Sequence record: LR745206.1
DNA length: 64,000 nucleotides
Reading direction: 5' to 3' (one strand)
Positions 39,892 to 49,305 of this stretch are shown here, piece after piece; the first letter of the stretch is position 1, and each line of letters opens with the position of its first letter. Made by a program: the position numbers and the translations under genes. Under the pieces are notes generated by a model that was not told where the DNA came from, made no database searches, and worked only from the letters and a program-made list of their open reading frames with translations.

Positions 39892-40046
39892 TTAATTGGT
39901 TATTTAGAAGAAAAAAGAGAAAACCTAATCCAATAATGTTCGATGAAACACACGAATTGATCAATAGAATAATAGAGTTTCTTAACAAACCAGAGTATGC
40001 TTTCAACAGAAAAGATAAGATAAAGAGAATATTTAGGAAGAAATAA
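39888..40046 (+). CDS. 52-aa protein with tag variant (not in ORF track)
   Basis: ATGA-coupled; ends RKDKIKRIFRKK. Confidence 0.5.
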   Translation: MINWLFRRKKRKPNPIMFDETHELINRIIEFLNKPEYAFNRKDKIKRIFRKK

Positions 40047-40081
40047 TTATTTGATATATAATTAAAATAAAAAATAATTAT

Positions 40082-40645
40082 ATGAGTAATAATTTATTGA
40101 AAACCAGAATATCAAACATACTAACCGATATAAATGAGGTTGATATGGATGAGAAAGACATCTTGGAATTAAAAAACAAGATGAAAGAGATCGAGAAGAA
40201 GATCAAAGAGAAGAATAAGCCTAAAACAATCACCATCTCTGGTAAAGACCACTCTATCATAAAGGAATATTGCACCACATTAAATCTAAACATCGGTGAT
40301 TGGACAGCTAAAGTTCTACTTGATAAGATAGAAGCTGATAAATGTTATATTAGTCTGGAAGATGATGAATATGATGAAATTGAAAAGGAAGAAATAACCA
40401 AAAGATATATCGATAATCAAAAACACCAAACTCTATATAAGTTTGATAAATTAATAATCAATAAAGATTTTCACTTCAAAGGATATTCTATAATAGATAG
40501 TAATCCACTTTATAAGTGTGATAATTTCAATAACAACACAAAAACTTTATTGGATAGTAATGGTATAACTTGTAAGTTAACCTCTGAAAGAGAATTGGGT
40601 AAGAGAATACTAGAGAATATGGAACTAGAAATTGAAATAATATAA
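40082..40645 (+). CDS. hypothetical protein, possible ribbon-helix-helix segment
   Basis: coiled coil then KTITISGKDHSIIKEYC..LNLNIGDW. Confidence 0.6.
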   Translation: MSNNLLKTRISNILTDINEVDMDEKDILELKNKMKEIEKKIKEKNKPKTITISGKDHSIIKEYCTTLNLNIGDWTAKVLLDKIEADKCYISLEDDEYDEIEKEEITKRYIDNQKHQTLYKFDKLIINKDFHFKGYSIIDSNPLYKCDNFNNNTKTLLDSNGITCKLTSERELGKRILENMELEIEII

Positions 40646-40758
40646 TGAGTAATTATAATTCAAAAAATTGGAATATATCAAACATGTTTCTAGCTCTAAT
40701 CAGAAAGAATAAAATACGAAAAATATTTAAACTAGATGAAGAAAAAGTACCATTTTGA
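40645..40758 (+). CDS. 37-aa peptide with tag variant (not in ORF track)
   Basis: TAATG-coupled; IRKNKIRKIF. Confidence 0.4.
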   Translation: MSNYNSKNWNISNMFLALIRKNKIRKIFKLDEEKVPF

Positions 40759-40981
40759 AGTTAATGATCCGGTTATTATAAATATCAAATGGGGACACCA
40801 TTTTAATGATATTTCTATTAAATATGGTATAATATTTCAAATCGATAAGCATCCAACACTCTCAACAATGTATAGAGTGAATGATAATGTTGGTGAACTA
40901 ATAGGTAGATTTTACCACCACCAATTAGAACTGAATAAAGAATTGATAAGAGATTTTAAGATAAAACAATTAGGTATATGA
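40736..40981 (+). CDS. hypothetical protein with C-terminal tag
   Basis: ends RDFKIKQLGI. Confidence 0.7.
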   Translation: MKKKYHFEVNDPVIINIKWGHHFNDISIKYGIIFQIDKHPTLSTMYRVNDNVGELIGRFYHHQLELNKELIRDFKIKQLGI

Positions 40982-41391
40982 AAAAACAAGCAATAAAAAT
41001 GGACATAACACCAAAAACATTCACCAAACAATGTGAATATGAATTTACTAATACTGATGGTGTTAAATTCAAATTGTTATTTCTAGAATACTCTCGTATT
41101 GATGGATATCCAATATTTGAAATTGATATGTCTAAAATTCCAAATAATACTATACTAGCAGATATTAAGTATCAAGGAGTAAACCCAAAGAGTTTGTATA
41201 TTATAACACCGATGGAAGATTATTTATATGATCATCATAAGGTACAATTCCAACAAAATAAAGACATCTTGGTAGATTTTCTGTTTGATATTTATGATAT
41301 TGATCTTGAGAAACTTACCACCAAAGAAGGTATGAAAGAAATAATGAGAGATGTTAAACTAATGAACATCTTAGAAAGTTCAATGAAATGA
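40978..41391 (+). CDS. hypothetical protein with C-terminal tag
   Basis: RDVKLMNILES. Confidence 0.7.
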   Translation: MKKQAIKMDITPKTFTKQCEYEFTNTDGVKFKLLFLEYSRIDGYPIFEIDMSKIPNNTILADIKYQGVNPKSLYIITPMEDYLYDHHKVQFQQNKDILVDFLFDIYDIDLEKLTTKEGMKEIMRDVKLMNILESSMK

Positions 41392-41597
41392 TAGATACTG
41401 GATGTAATAATTGTGGTAGAGATATAACAATATCTTCTACTGACCCAGATAGTTTTGATCCGACAAATGGTATGCCAATTTGTGATGATTGCTTTGATAA
41501 AGAATTTAGCAAAAGAGCACTAAGAGAAAAGAAACTACAATCAGTATTAAAACTAAGTAGATTGGTTAATAAGAAATGGTGGCAATTCTGGAAATAA
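41388..41597 (+). CDS. zinc-finger-like protein with tag
   Basis: CNNC...CDDC; REKKLQSVLK. Confidence 0.65.
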   Translation: MIDTGCNNCGRDITISSTDPDSFDPTNGMPICDDCFDKEFSKRALREKKLQSVLKLSRLVNKKWWQFWK

Positions 41598-41601
41598 TCA
41601 A

Positions 41602-42051
41602 TTAGCTATAAACTCTTACTTCAAATGATGTATTATCAAGTATATCATTCGCACTACCTCCACTATCAGTTCTAACAACAATAGTATCATTACTTTCATT
41701 AACAGCACTTATAAATTCAGATCCGTTTGATTGTCCTTGATTAATAACAACCCATGTTGAACTAATCGGAAATCCACCAGCTTCAGTTAATGTATAATTA
41801 CCACCAAATCCAGTATAACTCCAAACCGGAACAAAACCCAATGTGTTTTCTAATATAGTAGCAACTGGTGGGTTAGTGCTTGTTTGTGTTAATACCGCTG
41901 TGTAAACCTTATAAGATAAGCCTCCAATACCACTTACAGTCGCACCAGTTTTCTCAGAAAGAGAATCACCATTGAACCCAAGGTATTTATATCCTGTTTG
42001 TGGATTAGTTTGACCGTTAAGTCCGTCTTGTTTGAATATTTGCTTTCTCAT
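41602..42051 (-). CDS. putative virion fibre/decoration protein (paralogue of 55030-55473)
   Basis: GYKYLGFNGDSLSEKTGATVSGIGG; YKVYTAVLTQ..TNPPVATILENTLG; TAATATATAC at 42072-42081. Confidence 0.6.
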   Translation of the reverse strand: MRKQIFKQDGLNGQTNPQTGYKYLGFNGDSLSEKTGATVSGIGGLSYKVYTAVLTQTSTNPPVATILENTLGFVPVWSYTGFGGNYTLTEAGGFPISSTWVVINQGQSNGSEFISAVNESNDTIVVRTDSGGSANDILDNTSFEVRVYS

Positions 42052-42098
42052 GATATAACATATTTTGTAATGTATATATTATATCCGGAAAATAAAAT

Positions 42099-42299
42099 TT
42101 ACCTAATACCCAATTTCTCTAACTTATTATCTCTAATATATTGTTTGGTGAACACAGGCTCCCATATTTTTGGGTATCTTATGAACTCTCCCGTAGTACA
42201 CGGTTCAAAATCACCAACCCTTCTTCGACATCCAGGATATTCTATCAATAACCTAAATCCCTTTATATCTTTAATACTATAATTATACAACATACACAT
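42099..42299 (-). CDS. hypothetical protein with C-terminal tag
   Basis: ends RDNKLEKLGIR. Confidence 0.65.
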   Translation of the reverse strand: MCMLYNYSIKDIKGFRLLIEYPGCRRRVGDFEPCTTGEFIRYPKIWEPVFTKQYIRDNKLEKLGIR

Positions 42300-42419
42300 T
42301 TATTAAGTACATTACTAATACCAAAACCTCTAGTGATAATCCAAGTATTAATAACCATTTATTCTCCCTAAGAAGTTTCTTTATTAATTTCTTATCTTCA
42401 TTTTCATCTAATATTTCCA

Positions 42420-42836
42420 TTACTTGAATATCTTACTTAGTTTAACTGCCCTTTCGTATGATTTATCATCCAACCCAATATAATATAATGAACCATCAAA
42501 ATATATAATACTTTCACAATGTTCTTGCATCCTCCTATCAAGTGAACCAGTCATAAATTTTACAAATACACAACCAGCATTATTACATCTTTTCTTCAAT
42601 AATTCATCCTCACTAAATCTTCTTGTAACTTGATCCTTTATATCATCAATTACCCATTCACATTCTTCTTTACCCCTTCTGAATAAATTCTTACGGAATG
42701 ATGTGAAATTATAAAACGACAATTCATCAACATTATAACAAGTAGGTAAATCAATAGAAATATCATCAATATGCTCTTCTTTTGATCTAAAACCAAAGAA
42801 TTTACAAACTTTTAATATTAACTTATTCCATTTCAT
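42420..42836 (-). CDS. hypothetical protein with C-terminal tag
   Basis: ends RAVKLSKIFK. Confidence 0.65.
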   Translation of the reverse strand: MKWNKLILKVCKFFGFRSKEEHIDDISIDLPTCYNVDELSFYNFTSFRKNLFRRGKEECEWVIDDIKDQVTRRFSEDELLKKRCNNAGCVFVKFMTGSLDRRMQEHCESIIYFDGSLYYIGLDDKSYERAVKLSKIFK

Positions 42837-42837
42837 A

Positions 42838-43047
42838 TTAATCTAAATAACCTTCATCATCACCAATATACTCCTTATTATTATCTTTAGCTAATTCCTT
42901 AGCATATTCAATCGCTTCTTCCACCTCTTGAAATTCCTTTCTAGAAGCAACTGCGTAATCATTCAATTCATATCTCATGTGTTCTGATAATTCCACAATC
43001 GATATTTTATTTCTATCCCCTCTAGGGAAAATTATAAAGTAAGCCAT
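42838..43047 (-). CDS. hypothetical protein
   Basis: 69-aa ORF. Confidence 0.6.
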   Translation of the reverse strand: MAYFIIFPRGDRNKISIVELSEHMRYELNDYAVASRKEFQEVEEAIEYAKELAKDNNKEYIGDDEGYLD

Positions 43048-43053
43048 TTTTAT

Positions 43054-43482
43054 TTATCTTTTTAAGTACATTTTTGCTTTTGATACACCAGAAAATCCTT
43101 TATCTGGAACAAGCCATGATTTTAGATTAATGATTTCATCCAAATATTTATCAATCTCTCTATTAAGAAATTTAACATTTATAGAGTAAACTATACCCTT
43201 ATACCTATTTACAATTCTTTTTATATAAGCATATCTTAAATTTGGATAGTCATATGTTAATTCAATCTTAGTCGAATACCCATTATCATCCATATAAAGT
43301 TTCAGTCTATCCAATACATCCTCAACATCTTTATACCTCATTGATTTGTATTCTAGATAATAATCTGGTCTGTTAAATATTTTTATACTACCGTGCGCAG
43401 TATATTTGATAAGAGCATTGATATTCTGATCGGTTAGTTCCAAACAAATATCATTTAAATTATCTCTTATCTCTTGTTTCAT
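43054..43482 (-). CDS. DIFxELxDDG-family protein lacking the CTS-like N-terminus
   Basis: LNDICLELTDQN; VEDVLDRLKLYM. Confidence 0.65.
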   Translation of the reverse strand: MKQEIRDNLNDICLELTDQNINALIKYTAHGSIKIFNRPDYYLEYKSMRYKDVEDVLDRLKLYMDDNGYSTKIELTYDYPNLRYAYIKRIVNRYKGIVYSINVKFLNREIDKYLDEIINLKSWLVPDKGFSGVSKAKMYLKR

Positions 43483-43889
43483 TAGTTCTTCTTATTATTT
43501 CTTTTAATCTCTTCGATTATACCAGAGTTTTTAAGTTTCTCTAATTGCTCTTGAACCTTAGGTTGTCTCATGAAATCAGCAGTAGTTATATACAATGTCC
43601 CATCACCTCTAACCCTTGTTATTTGCATAGTTTCTTTATACTCAGCTATCTCCTTAATAGAACGCTTAGCATCATCCATATGAAAGTAATACGACTCTTC
43701 ACTCTCAGTAGATACTAACCAAAACCATAACACTTTCTTCTGTACAATATACCTAGTTAATCCACCATTATTACTAACAACAGTCTTTATTCGATAAGTA
43801 TCATTCTTTATTTTATATTCTTCCATATCTTTATTTAATTGGGTAATTATACCATATTCTTGCTGAAATAACATCACATATATGAACAA
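43482..43889 (-). CDS. hypothetical protein
   Basis: ORF; start uncertain. Confidence 0.55.
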   Translation of the reverse strand: MFIYVMLFQQEYGIITQLNKDMEEYKIKNDTYRIKTVVSNNGGLTRYIVQKKVLWFWLVSTESEESYYFHMDDAKRSIKEIAEYKETMQITRVRGDGTLYITTADFMRQPKVQEQLEKLKNSGIIEEIKRNNKKN

Positions 43890-44355
43890 ATGCTGCTAAC
43901 TCACCTTGTATCCTAGTATCTGGATTATAATCATTACCTTCACCGTGAACATACTCAAGCGCATTTAGATGTTCCTTGGTTAGAATAAATCCATATTCAT
44001 CTATCTTAGACTTAACAAATTCTTTACTACCAAATCTTAACAACTCAAAGTCTGAATCACTTATTACACCACCACTATATTTCCAAGGCTTTTCTAAATC
44101 ATGTAGAAATAAAACCAACAAAGCATCTGATAATGAAAATGGTAAATCACGGAATGACATCATATCATATTGCTTAATAGCTATATTCATAACCTCAATA
44201 ATATGATCCATATATCCACCTTCCCAAGCTTGATGTTTAGTATTAGATCCTTTAGATGTATCAAAGATATACTTATTATCAGTATATATTTTTAAACATA
44301 ATGAACGGTTTGGTTCATCAATCATGTTTATTAAATATTGTAATTTATCTTCCAT
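43831..44355 (-). CDS. HD-domain phosphohydrolase
   Basis: HQAWEGGYMDH, LFLHDLEK, HGEG, HICD. Confidence 0.85.
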   Translation of the reverse strand: MEDKLQYLINMIDEPNRSLCLKIYTDNKYIFDTSKGSNTKHQAWEGGYMDHIIEVMNIAIKQYDMMSFRDLPFSLSDALLVLFLHDLEKPWKYSGGVISDSDFELLRFGSKEFVKSKIDEYGFILTKEHLNALEYVHGEGNDYNPDTRIQGELAAFVHICDVISARIWYNYPIK

Positions 44356-44433
44356 TACTTTATAGTATTCAATATCTCCTTAGATACTTCTCTTAATACC
44401 AGAGTTTTTAAGTTTCTATAATCGCTCTTTAAC

Positions 44434-44661
44434 TCATGAAATCAGCAGTATAGAAATATTTTTGTTTCTCAACGATGATTTGTAATCTTTTAAATGTACC
44501 AAGAATGGTATTAAAATATCTTCATCATTTCTAATCATAATAACTAATATATCTTCAATACCATTTAAAAAATTTGATATATTTATGTAATTATCGATTT
44601 TATAGCTCAAATATCCATTATCAAGGATAATTTGATGTATTATTTCTTCATCAAATATCAT
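44434..44661 (-). CDS. hypothetical protein with tag variant
   Basis: LRNKNISILL. Confidence 0.5.
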   Translation of the reverse strand: MIFDEEIIHQIILDNGYLSYKIDNYINISNFLNGIEDILVIMIRNDEDILIPFLVHLKDYKSSLRNKNISILLIS

Positions 44662-44684
44662 ATCTAAAGTATTCGAGTATTTTC

Positions 44685-45104
44685 TTAGTATTCAAATCTA
44701 TTATCATAGTCTAATAACTCAGTGAAATCTTCCTCTGATAAATCATCAAACTCACCAATGATACTATTAACAGTCTCGGAAGCATGCTCATCATTACCAA
44801 CAGTTGATACATCACCATAATTATCTAAGACTTGTGTTAATATCTCACCAATCTCATTAATTGACTTACCAAGCAACTTTCGTTTAAGTGAATAAATATC
44901 CATCACTTCGTGTGGTCCTTTATCACCAAAACTATAACTACCGAATGATGTTAAAGCATCATCAATAGCAGACATTATCTCAATCGCTACTGGATCAATA
45001 TCAATCGAATTCATATCATCCTCTCTTCTACTATCCAACTCACTTAGTAAGATATCAGTTGGTACATCCTTTAGAAATTCTCTCCAGTTTTTTATTTCTC
45101 CCAT
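44685..45104 (-). CDS. acidic hypothetical protein
   Basis: 139-aa ORF; starts MGEIKNWREF. Confidence 0.65.
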   Translation of the reverse strand: MGEIKNWREFLKDVPTDILLSELDSRREDDMNSIDIDPVAIEIMSAIDDALTSFGSYSFGDKGPHEVMDIYSLKRKLLGKSINEIGEILTQVLDNYGDVSTVGNDEHASETVNSIIGEFDDLSEEDFTELLDYDNRFEY

Positions 45105-45270
45105 TTTTACTTCTTTTGTATTTATATTTCTTTTTATTATTCTATTTTCTTTTTATTATTTATATAGTTCTGATGTACGAAGAAAATTTTTTTGAGCCTG
45201 TCGAAGACGTTTAAAAATTTTTCCAGACGATTTTCCTGGATGCCCACCACAGTCCTAATTTACTATAAAT

Positions 45271-46746
45271 CTAGACAGGCGCATCACCGTTCCTAATCCT
45301 AGACAACTCCGCTAGATACTCCGTATAAGCACTACTAGCATATATCCTACCATTATGATTAGGTCTCTGCTCAGCAGTTATCACCACCTCAACAGCCTCC
45401 ACCTCCACCGGTTCATCACTACACACATTAACCTCATTCACCTCAAAAGTATTCGGATTATATGTAGGTGATTCAACTTGAACTTGCTCATCAACGTTCT
45501 CCACATCCTCTACCATATCATCAACCTCTATACAAACCTCACGATCATTTTCATCATACCTACCGTGATAACAATACGTACCATCTGTATGACGATACTC
45601 ACGACCACGATTAGCATACATATGCTCTCTATTAAAGTCATTAGTCAATATACCATCGACAAAATAACACATCGTATCTATATAAGGATACCTATCATGA
45701 TCCACAAACTCCAACTTGATACGAAGCTTCGGTAAGATATCACCAGCCTCATTAATTATATCCATATCAGGATACATACTCTGCTCCTTCTTATGATACC
45801 AACCATTCTTATCAGCATACTGGATGAACAACTGAACATCAGAATCCTGATTAGTATAGATTCTATCTAAAAACTTAACCATCTTACCATCAACCATAAC
45901 ATCCCAAAGAATCGCACGTCCCTTAATCTTATCAGATAGATAAGAACCATCCTCAGATAATCTACCATTATCCGAATATAAAATAACTAAACTACATTGA
46001 TTGACATTCTTTGAATATATGTCAAAAAACTCTGATGGCTTCTGACACATACAAGAATTAGATAAGATACCTCCACCAGAAACATAATTCTCCTGCTTAT
46101 ACCAAAAAGATATATCCTTACCCTTAACTATACTGAATTGCTTATCGACATCCTGTATGAAATCATAAGATGCCTTATATAAATTTACAAACTCCTCAAT
46201 CTCCTTATCAATAAACTCCACCCCACAATCCTGTAAGATAGAACTAACCATTCGACCAACCTTAATAGAGTTTCTACTTTTACTCCATAACATCATATCC
46301 TTATCAGATACTTCCTTTAAACACGCCTTATTAATAACACATGAACGAGTATTACTCCAACTATCCTGAATATAACAATATATGTTCCCACTCTTCTCAC
46401 TGATCGTCTCACTTATGATAGTAATCTTCTCACCATAACTAGGTCTCCATCCACTACCACTTATATACTTGTTATAACCTAATCGAGTAAAGATAGAATC
46501 ATTCTTATCACTCTTAGTTAAAAACCTCTCACCATTAATAACATATTCATCCGGAATAGACTCCATTATTTTCTCCACCTTATCAGATGGTGTATAAGAT
46601 GCTAAGTTCTTCGTATCACTTATATCAATATAATTAAACTTGATATCCTTACAATACCTCTGTAAGTTTAATAATTGTTTCGAGATTTTGTTATGAGATA
46701 TACGCGATAATACGTTAGTAAACTGTTCAGATAATTTTAACACCAT
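45271..46746 (-). CDS. conserved phage-type protein (SCM...GRA.LW...DRIY) with acidic tail
   Basis: LSNSCM, IKGRAILWD, FLDRIYT; E/V/D-rich C-terminus. Confidence 0.7.
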   Translation of the reverse strand: MVLKLSEQFTNVLSRISHNKISKQLLNLQRYCKDIKFNYIDISDTKNLASYTPSDKVEKIMESIPDEYVINGERFLTKSDKNDSIFTRLGYNKYISGSGWRPSYGEKITIISETISEKSGNIYCYIQDSWSNTRSCVINKACLKEVSDKDMMLWSKSRNSIKVGRMVSSILQDCGVEFIDKEIEEFVNLYKASYDFIQDVDKQFSIVKGKDISFWYKQENYVSGGGILSNSCMCQKPSEFFDIYSKNVNQCSLVILYSDNGRLSEDGSYLSDKIKGRAILWDVMVDGKMVKFLDRIYTNQDSDVQLFIQYADKNGWYHKKEQSMYPDMDIINEAGDILPKLRIKLEFVDHDRYPYIDTMCYFVDGILTNDFNREHMYANRGREYRHTDGTYCYHGRYDENDREVCIEVDDMVEDVENVDEQVQVESPTYNPNTFEVNEVNVCSDEPVEVEAVEVVITAEQRPNHNGRIYASSAYTEYLAELSRIRNGDAPV

Positions 46747-46787
46747 AAGAGTAAATTGTATATGTAAGATTTTTTATTTAATAACTA

Positions 46788-46818
46788 CAAATATAACAAA
46801 CATATACAAAACTTCAAA
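46788..46818 (-). promoter_or_regulatory. Bacteroidota sigma70-type promoter
   Basis: TTTG-N19-TATATTTG upstream of ATG 46746. Confidence 0.65.
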
Positions 46819-46840
46819 ACATTTTACAATATAAATTTAT

Positions 46841-47044
46841 ATGAATAATAATATCATTATATCAATCTTAAATAAAAGAAAAGGATTCAATGTATATAAC
46901 ATAAATAAAATTACCTTTGGAATTGACTTACATCATGTATCATTCAATGATGGTAATAACTTTACATACATAGATGAATCAGAAATTATAAAAGAAACTA
47001 TAAATATTAGAAACAACAAACTATCATCTATCGGAATACAATGA
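46841..47044 (+). CDS. hypothetical protein with C-terminal tag
   Basis: ends RNNKLSSIGIQ. Confidence 0.65.
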   Translation: MNNNIIISILNKRKGFNVYNINKITFGIDLHHVSFNDGNNFTYIDESEIIKETINIRNNKLSSIGIQ

Positions 47045-47151
47045 CTAAAGAACAAATAATAAAAATGATTAACACATCATCATTCAGTAATACATTCAAA
47101 CATCACATAAGAAAACATAAGATTAGTGTTATATTTAATATAATCAAATGA
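47041..47151 (+). CDS. 36-aa peptide with tag variant (not in ORF track)
   Basis: ATGA-coupled on both sides; IRKHKISVIF. Confidence 0.5.
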   Translation: MTKEQIIKMINTSSFSNTFKHHIRKHKISVIFNIIK

Positions 47152-47390
47152 TAATAGAAGCAGGTAAGACATACTATAAAGATAATAAAAATAACTCAGT
47201 CTATGTTAAAAGATTTACACAAGGCTTCGTGGTATATATGAACATATCAACAAGAGAAGATAGAATAGATGGGTGGTGTGCTGGTAAGATAACAAGCGAA
47301 GAAATGTTTATGAAAATATCAGAGTTTAATAAGACATACACAGACTTTGAAGGACTCAGAGATATTAAATTAAAACAATTAGGAATATGA
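47148..47390 (+). CDS. hypothetical protein with C-terminal tag
   Basis: ends RDIKLKQLGI. Confidence 0.7.
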   Translation: MIIEAGKTYYKDNKNNSVYVKRFTQGFVVYMNISTREDRIDGWCAGKITSEEMFMKISEFNKTYTDFEGLRDIKLKQLGI

Positions 47391-47551
47391 GTGATAAGAA
47401 TAAGATAGTATTAAAAGGTATCTTCCAAACATTCGAGACACAAAATAAGAATCCATCAAGACCATACAATTGGAAAGATGATATGTATATGAAGAACATG
47501 ATTAGGAAACAAATTAGAATGGGTAAGATTAAGATTATATTTAAGATATGA
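47387..47551 (+). CDS. 54-aa protein resembling a prohead protease N-terminal fragment plus tag (not in ORF track)
   Basis: IVLKGIFQTFETQNKNPSRPY; ends IRMGKIKIIFKI. Confidence 0.45.
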   Translation: MSDKNKIVLKGIFQTFETQNKNPSRPYNWKDDMYMKNMIRKQIRMGKIKIIFKI

Positions 47552-47694
47552 GTAATACAATAAAAGATATGCAAAGAATATTAGGCATCACTCAAGATGG
47601 TATAATAGGGAAACAAACAATAGAAGCAATCAAAAGAAATAAATTGGGAAGACGCCATAGACGTATGTATATAATTAGTAAGATATATGGGTAA
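47548..47694 (+). CDS. 48-aa peptidoglycan-binding-domain-like peptide (not in ORF track)
   Basis: MQRILGITQDGIIGKQTIEAI matches the PG_binding_1 pattern Q..LG...DGI.G..T..A. Confidence 0.55.
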   Translation: MSNTIKDMQRILGITQDGIIGKQTIEAIKRNKLGRRHRRMYIISKIYG

Positions 47695-48008
47695 TGATGA
47701 GAATATCTAAGAAAGAATTAGAGAAGCATATTGAGTATATGGAGAGGATAAAAAAATTCAATTCTAAACCGATTATGCGTAAATTAAAAATTAAAGGTAT
47801 TTTGAAGAAAATTGGTGATTTAGAAAAATATAGTAAAACATACAGAAATATGCACGTTTTTTTGTATGTTTTTGTGTTGATCCTATACGCTCCTCTCTGT
47901 ACCTTTCAAAGACCCTATTTAGGTACTTACGTGTATATGCAGCCATCATCTGAAAGTAGTACACCAATTGGGTTACAGACGACAGACTTTTTGACAGATA
48001 AATTTTAA
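47694..48008 (+). CDS. hypothetical protein with TM segment
   Basis: 104-aa ORF; internal RKLKIKGIL. Confidence 0.5.
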   Translation: MMRISKKELEKHIEYMERIKKFNSKPIMRKLKIKGILKKIGDLEKYSKTYRNMHVFLYVFVLILYAPLCTFQRPYLGTYVYMQPSSESSTPIGLQTTDFLTDKF

Positions 48009-48010
48009 CT

Positions 48011-48316
48011 ATGAGACAGGATATTAACATAAGGAAACATTACATGAGCGTTGAGTTTATGACGAGCTTTTACCAGAGGTCGGCTACTATCATTTTGCCT
48101 TTCAAGCCTGATGATATCATATCGGTTAGACCACTATGGACAGATTATATTCCACATCTTATGTTTATGAGTTATGGTGATGTGATTGTATTAAGATGGT
48201 TTGAGACTAGTGAGAATCCTCTGATAACGGTTGTAACGTTGCCTATCGAAGTAAATTATGTATCTAAGCAGTTGGATAGGGAAGATAAATTAAAGTTACT
48301 AGGTGTTAGTATATGA
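48011..48316 (+). CDS. hypothetical protein with C-terminal tag
   Basis: REDKLKLLGVSI. Confidence 0.65.
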   Translation: MRQDINIRKHYMSVEFMTSFYQRSATIILPFKPDDIISVRPLWTDYIPHLMFMSYGDVIVLRWFETSENPLITVVTLPIEVNYVSKQLDREDKLKLLGVSI

Positions 48317-48594
48317 TGTCAAAGAGGGAAATAATAAAGATAATAGAATTGTTTGGTTATATCAAGACTTCTCATTGTGATGAATGGGTTAGTGAGCCAT
48401 ATGATATGAAGTTTCGATATGGTTGTATATCTTTCTGTAAGGAAAAGAAGAGGAACTTCATCAAGTTTCATTATGGTGAGGCTTTACCTTTATCGGATTT
48501 TACTATTGATATATTGTTTAGTTATATGGTGGAAAAATCTCCTTATCTAAAGGATAAGGTAAGGGACTATAAGTTATCTAAGTTATTGGATTAG
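48313..48594 (+). CDS. hypothetical protein with C-terminal tag
   Basis: RDYKLSKLLD. Confidence 0.65.
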   Translation: MMSKREIIKIIELFGYIKTSHCDEWVSEPYDMKFRYGCISFCKEKKRNFIKFHYGEALPLSDFTIDILFSYMVEKSPYLKDKVRDYKLSKLLD

Positions 48595-48788
48595 ATATAT
48601 TGTCGTTCGCATTTCCAGTCTGTTTTCCAATGGTCTCCTACACCTTCTGAGTAGTCGTTCCATTTTATATACTTTTGTTTTTCATTATATGGTCTTAGCC
48701 ATATCCATTTATCTAGACTACCATATTCACCAACCCATACCCAAGTTGGAAGTATAGCATATCTTTTAATTGTTCTTTCTTTCTTCAT
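48591..48788 (-). CDS. Trp-rich small protein
   Basis: 65-aa ORF. Confidence 0.55.
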   Translation of the reverse strand: MKKERTIKRYAILPTWVWVGEYGSLDKWIWLRPYNEKQKYIKWNDYSEGVGDHWKTDWKCERQYI

Positions 48789-48815
48789 ACAAAAATTTGT
48801 GCGTAATTCTGTATT
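48789..48815. repeat. dispersed 27-bp repeat, copy 1
   Basis: ACAAAAATTTGTGCGTAATTCTGTATT; similar copies at 55477 and 57357. Confidence 0.7.
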
Positions 48816-49066
48816 TAATTCTTACATTCATCTAGAAACATATTCAAGAAATCATCTACTGTGTTTATATCTTCTAGTTTCCATTCATCACCGATTAGGT
48901 CTGATATGAAGTCTGACCAGGCATCATCTACATCATTAGGTGTTAGTCCTGTTTTATCTACTAGATAATCTTTATGTTCTTTATAGATAGATTTTATGGT
49001 ATCTATGTCGTTGAGGTATCCTGTGAAGTCTAGCTCAGGTGATAGTTTAAGTTTTATGTTGTTCAT
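48815..49066 (-). CDS. acidic hypothetical protein
   Basis: 83-aa ORF. Confidence 0.6.
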   Translation of the reverse strand: MNNIKLKLSPELDFTGYLNDIDTIKSIYKEHKDYLVDKTGLTPNDVDDAWSDFISDLIGDEWKLEDINTVDDFLNMFLDECKN

Positions 49067-49071
49067 ATAGA

Positions 49072-49302
49072 TTAGTTTTGTAATTTTCTCATATCATTCA
49101 TCCATTTACGTACATTAGCTTCCATACTATCCGGTAAGCCTTTACATTCGAATCGGAAATGTGATTCCCAGAAGCTTCTATCTTCGATTATCATTACTTT
49201 ACAATCAAAGTTAAATTCGAGTCTAGTTTTTTCTTTTTCAAGCATTTGTCTAATACTTTTTCTATATAATAGACCTGCTGTTATTTCTTGGTGGAAGTTC
49301 AT
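49072..49302 (-). CDS. hypothetical protein
   Basis: 76-aa ORF. Confidence 0.6.
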   Translation of the reverse strand: MNFHQEITAGLLYRKSIRQMLEKEKTRLEFNFDCKVMIIEDRSFWESHFRFECKGLPDSMEANVRKWMNDMRKLQN

Positions 49303-49305
49303 ATA

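Noticed and set aside
45170-45185. Hammerhead ribozyme (CTGATG...GAA)
   Set aside because: The core reads CTGATGT rather than CTGANGA, and flanking helices could not be formed.
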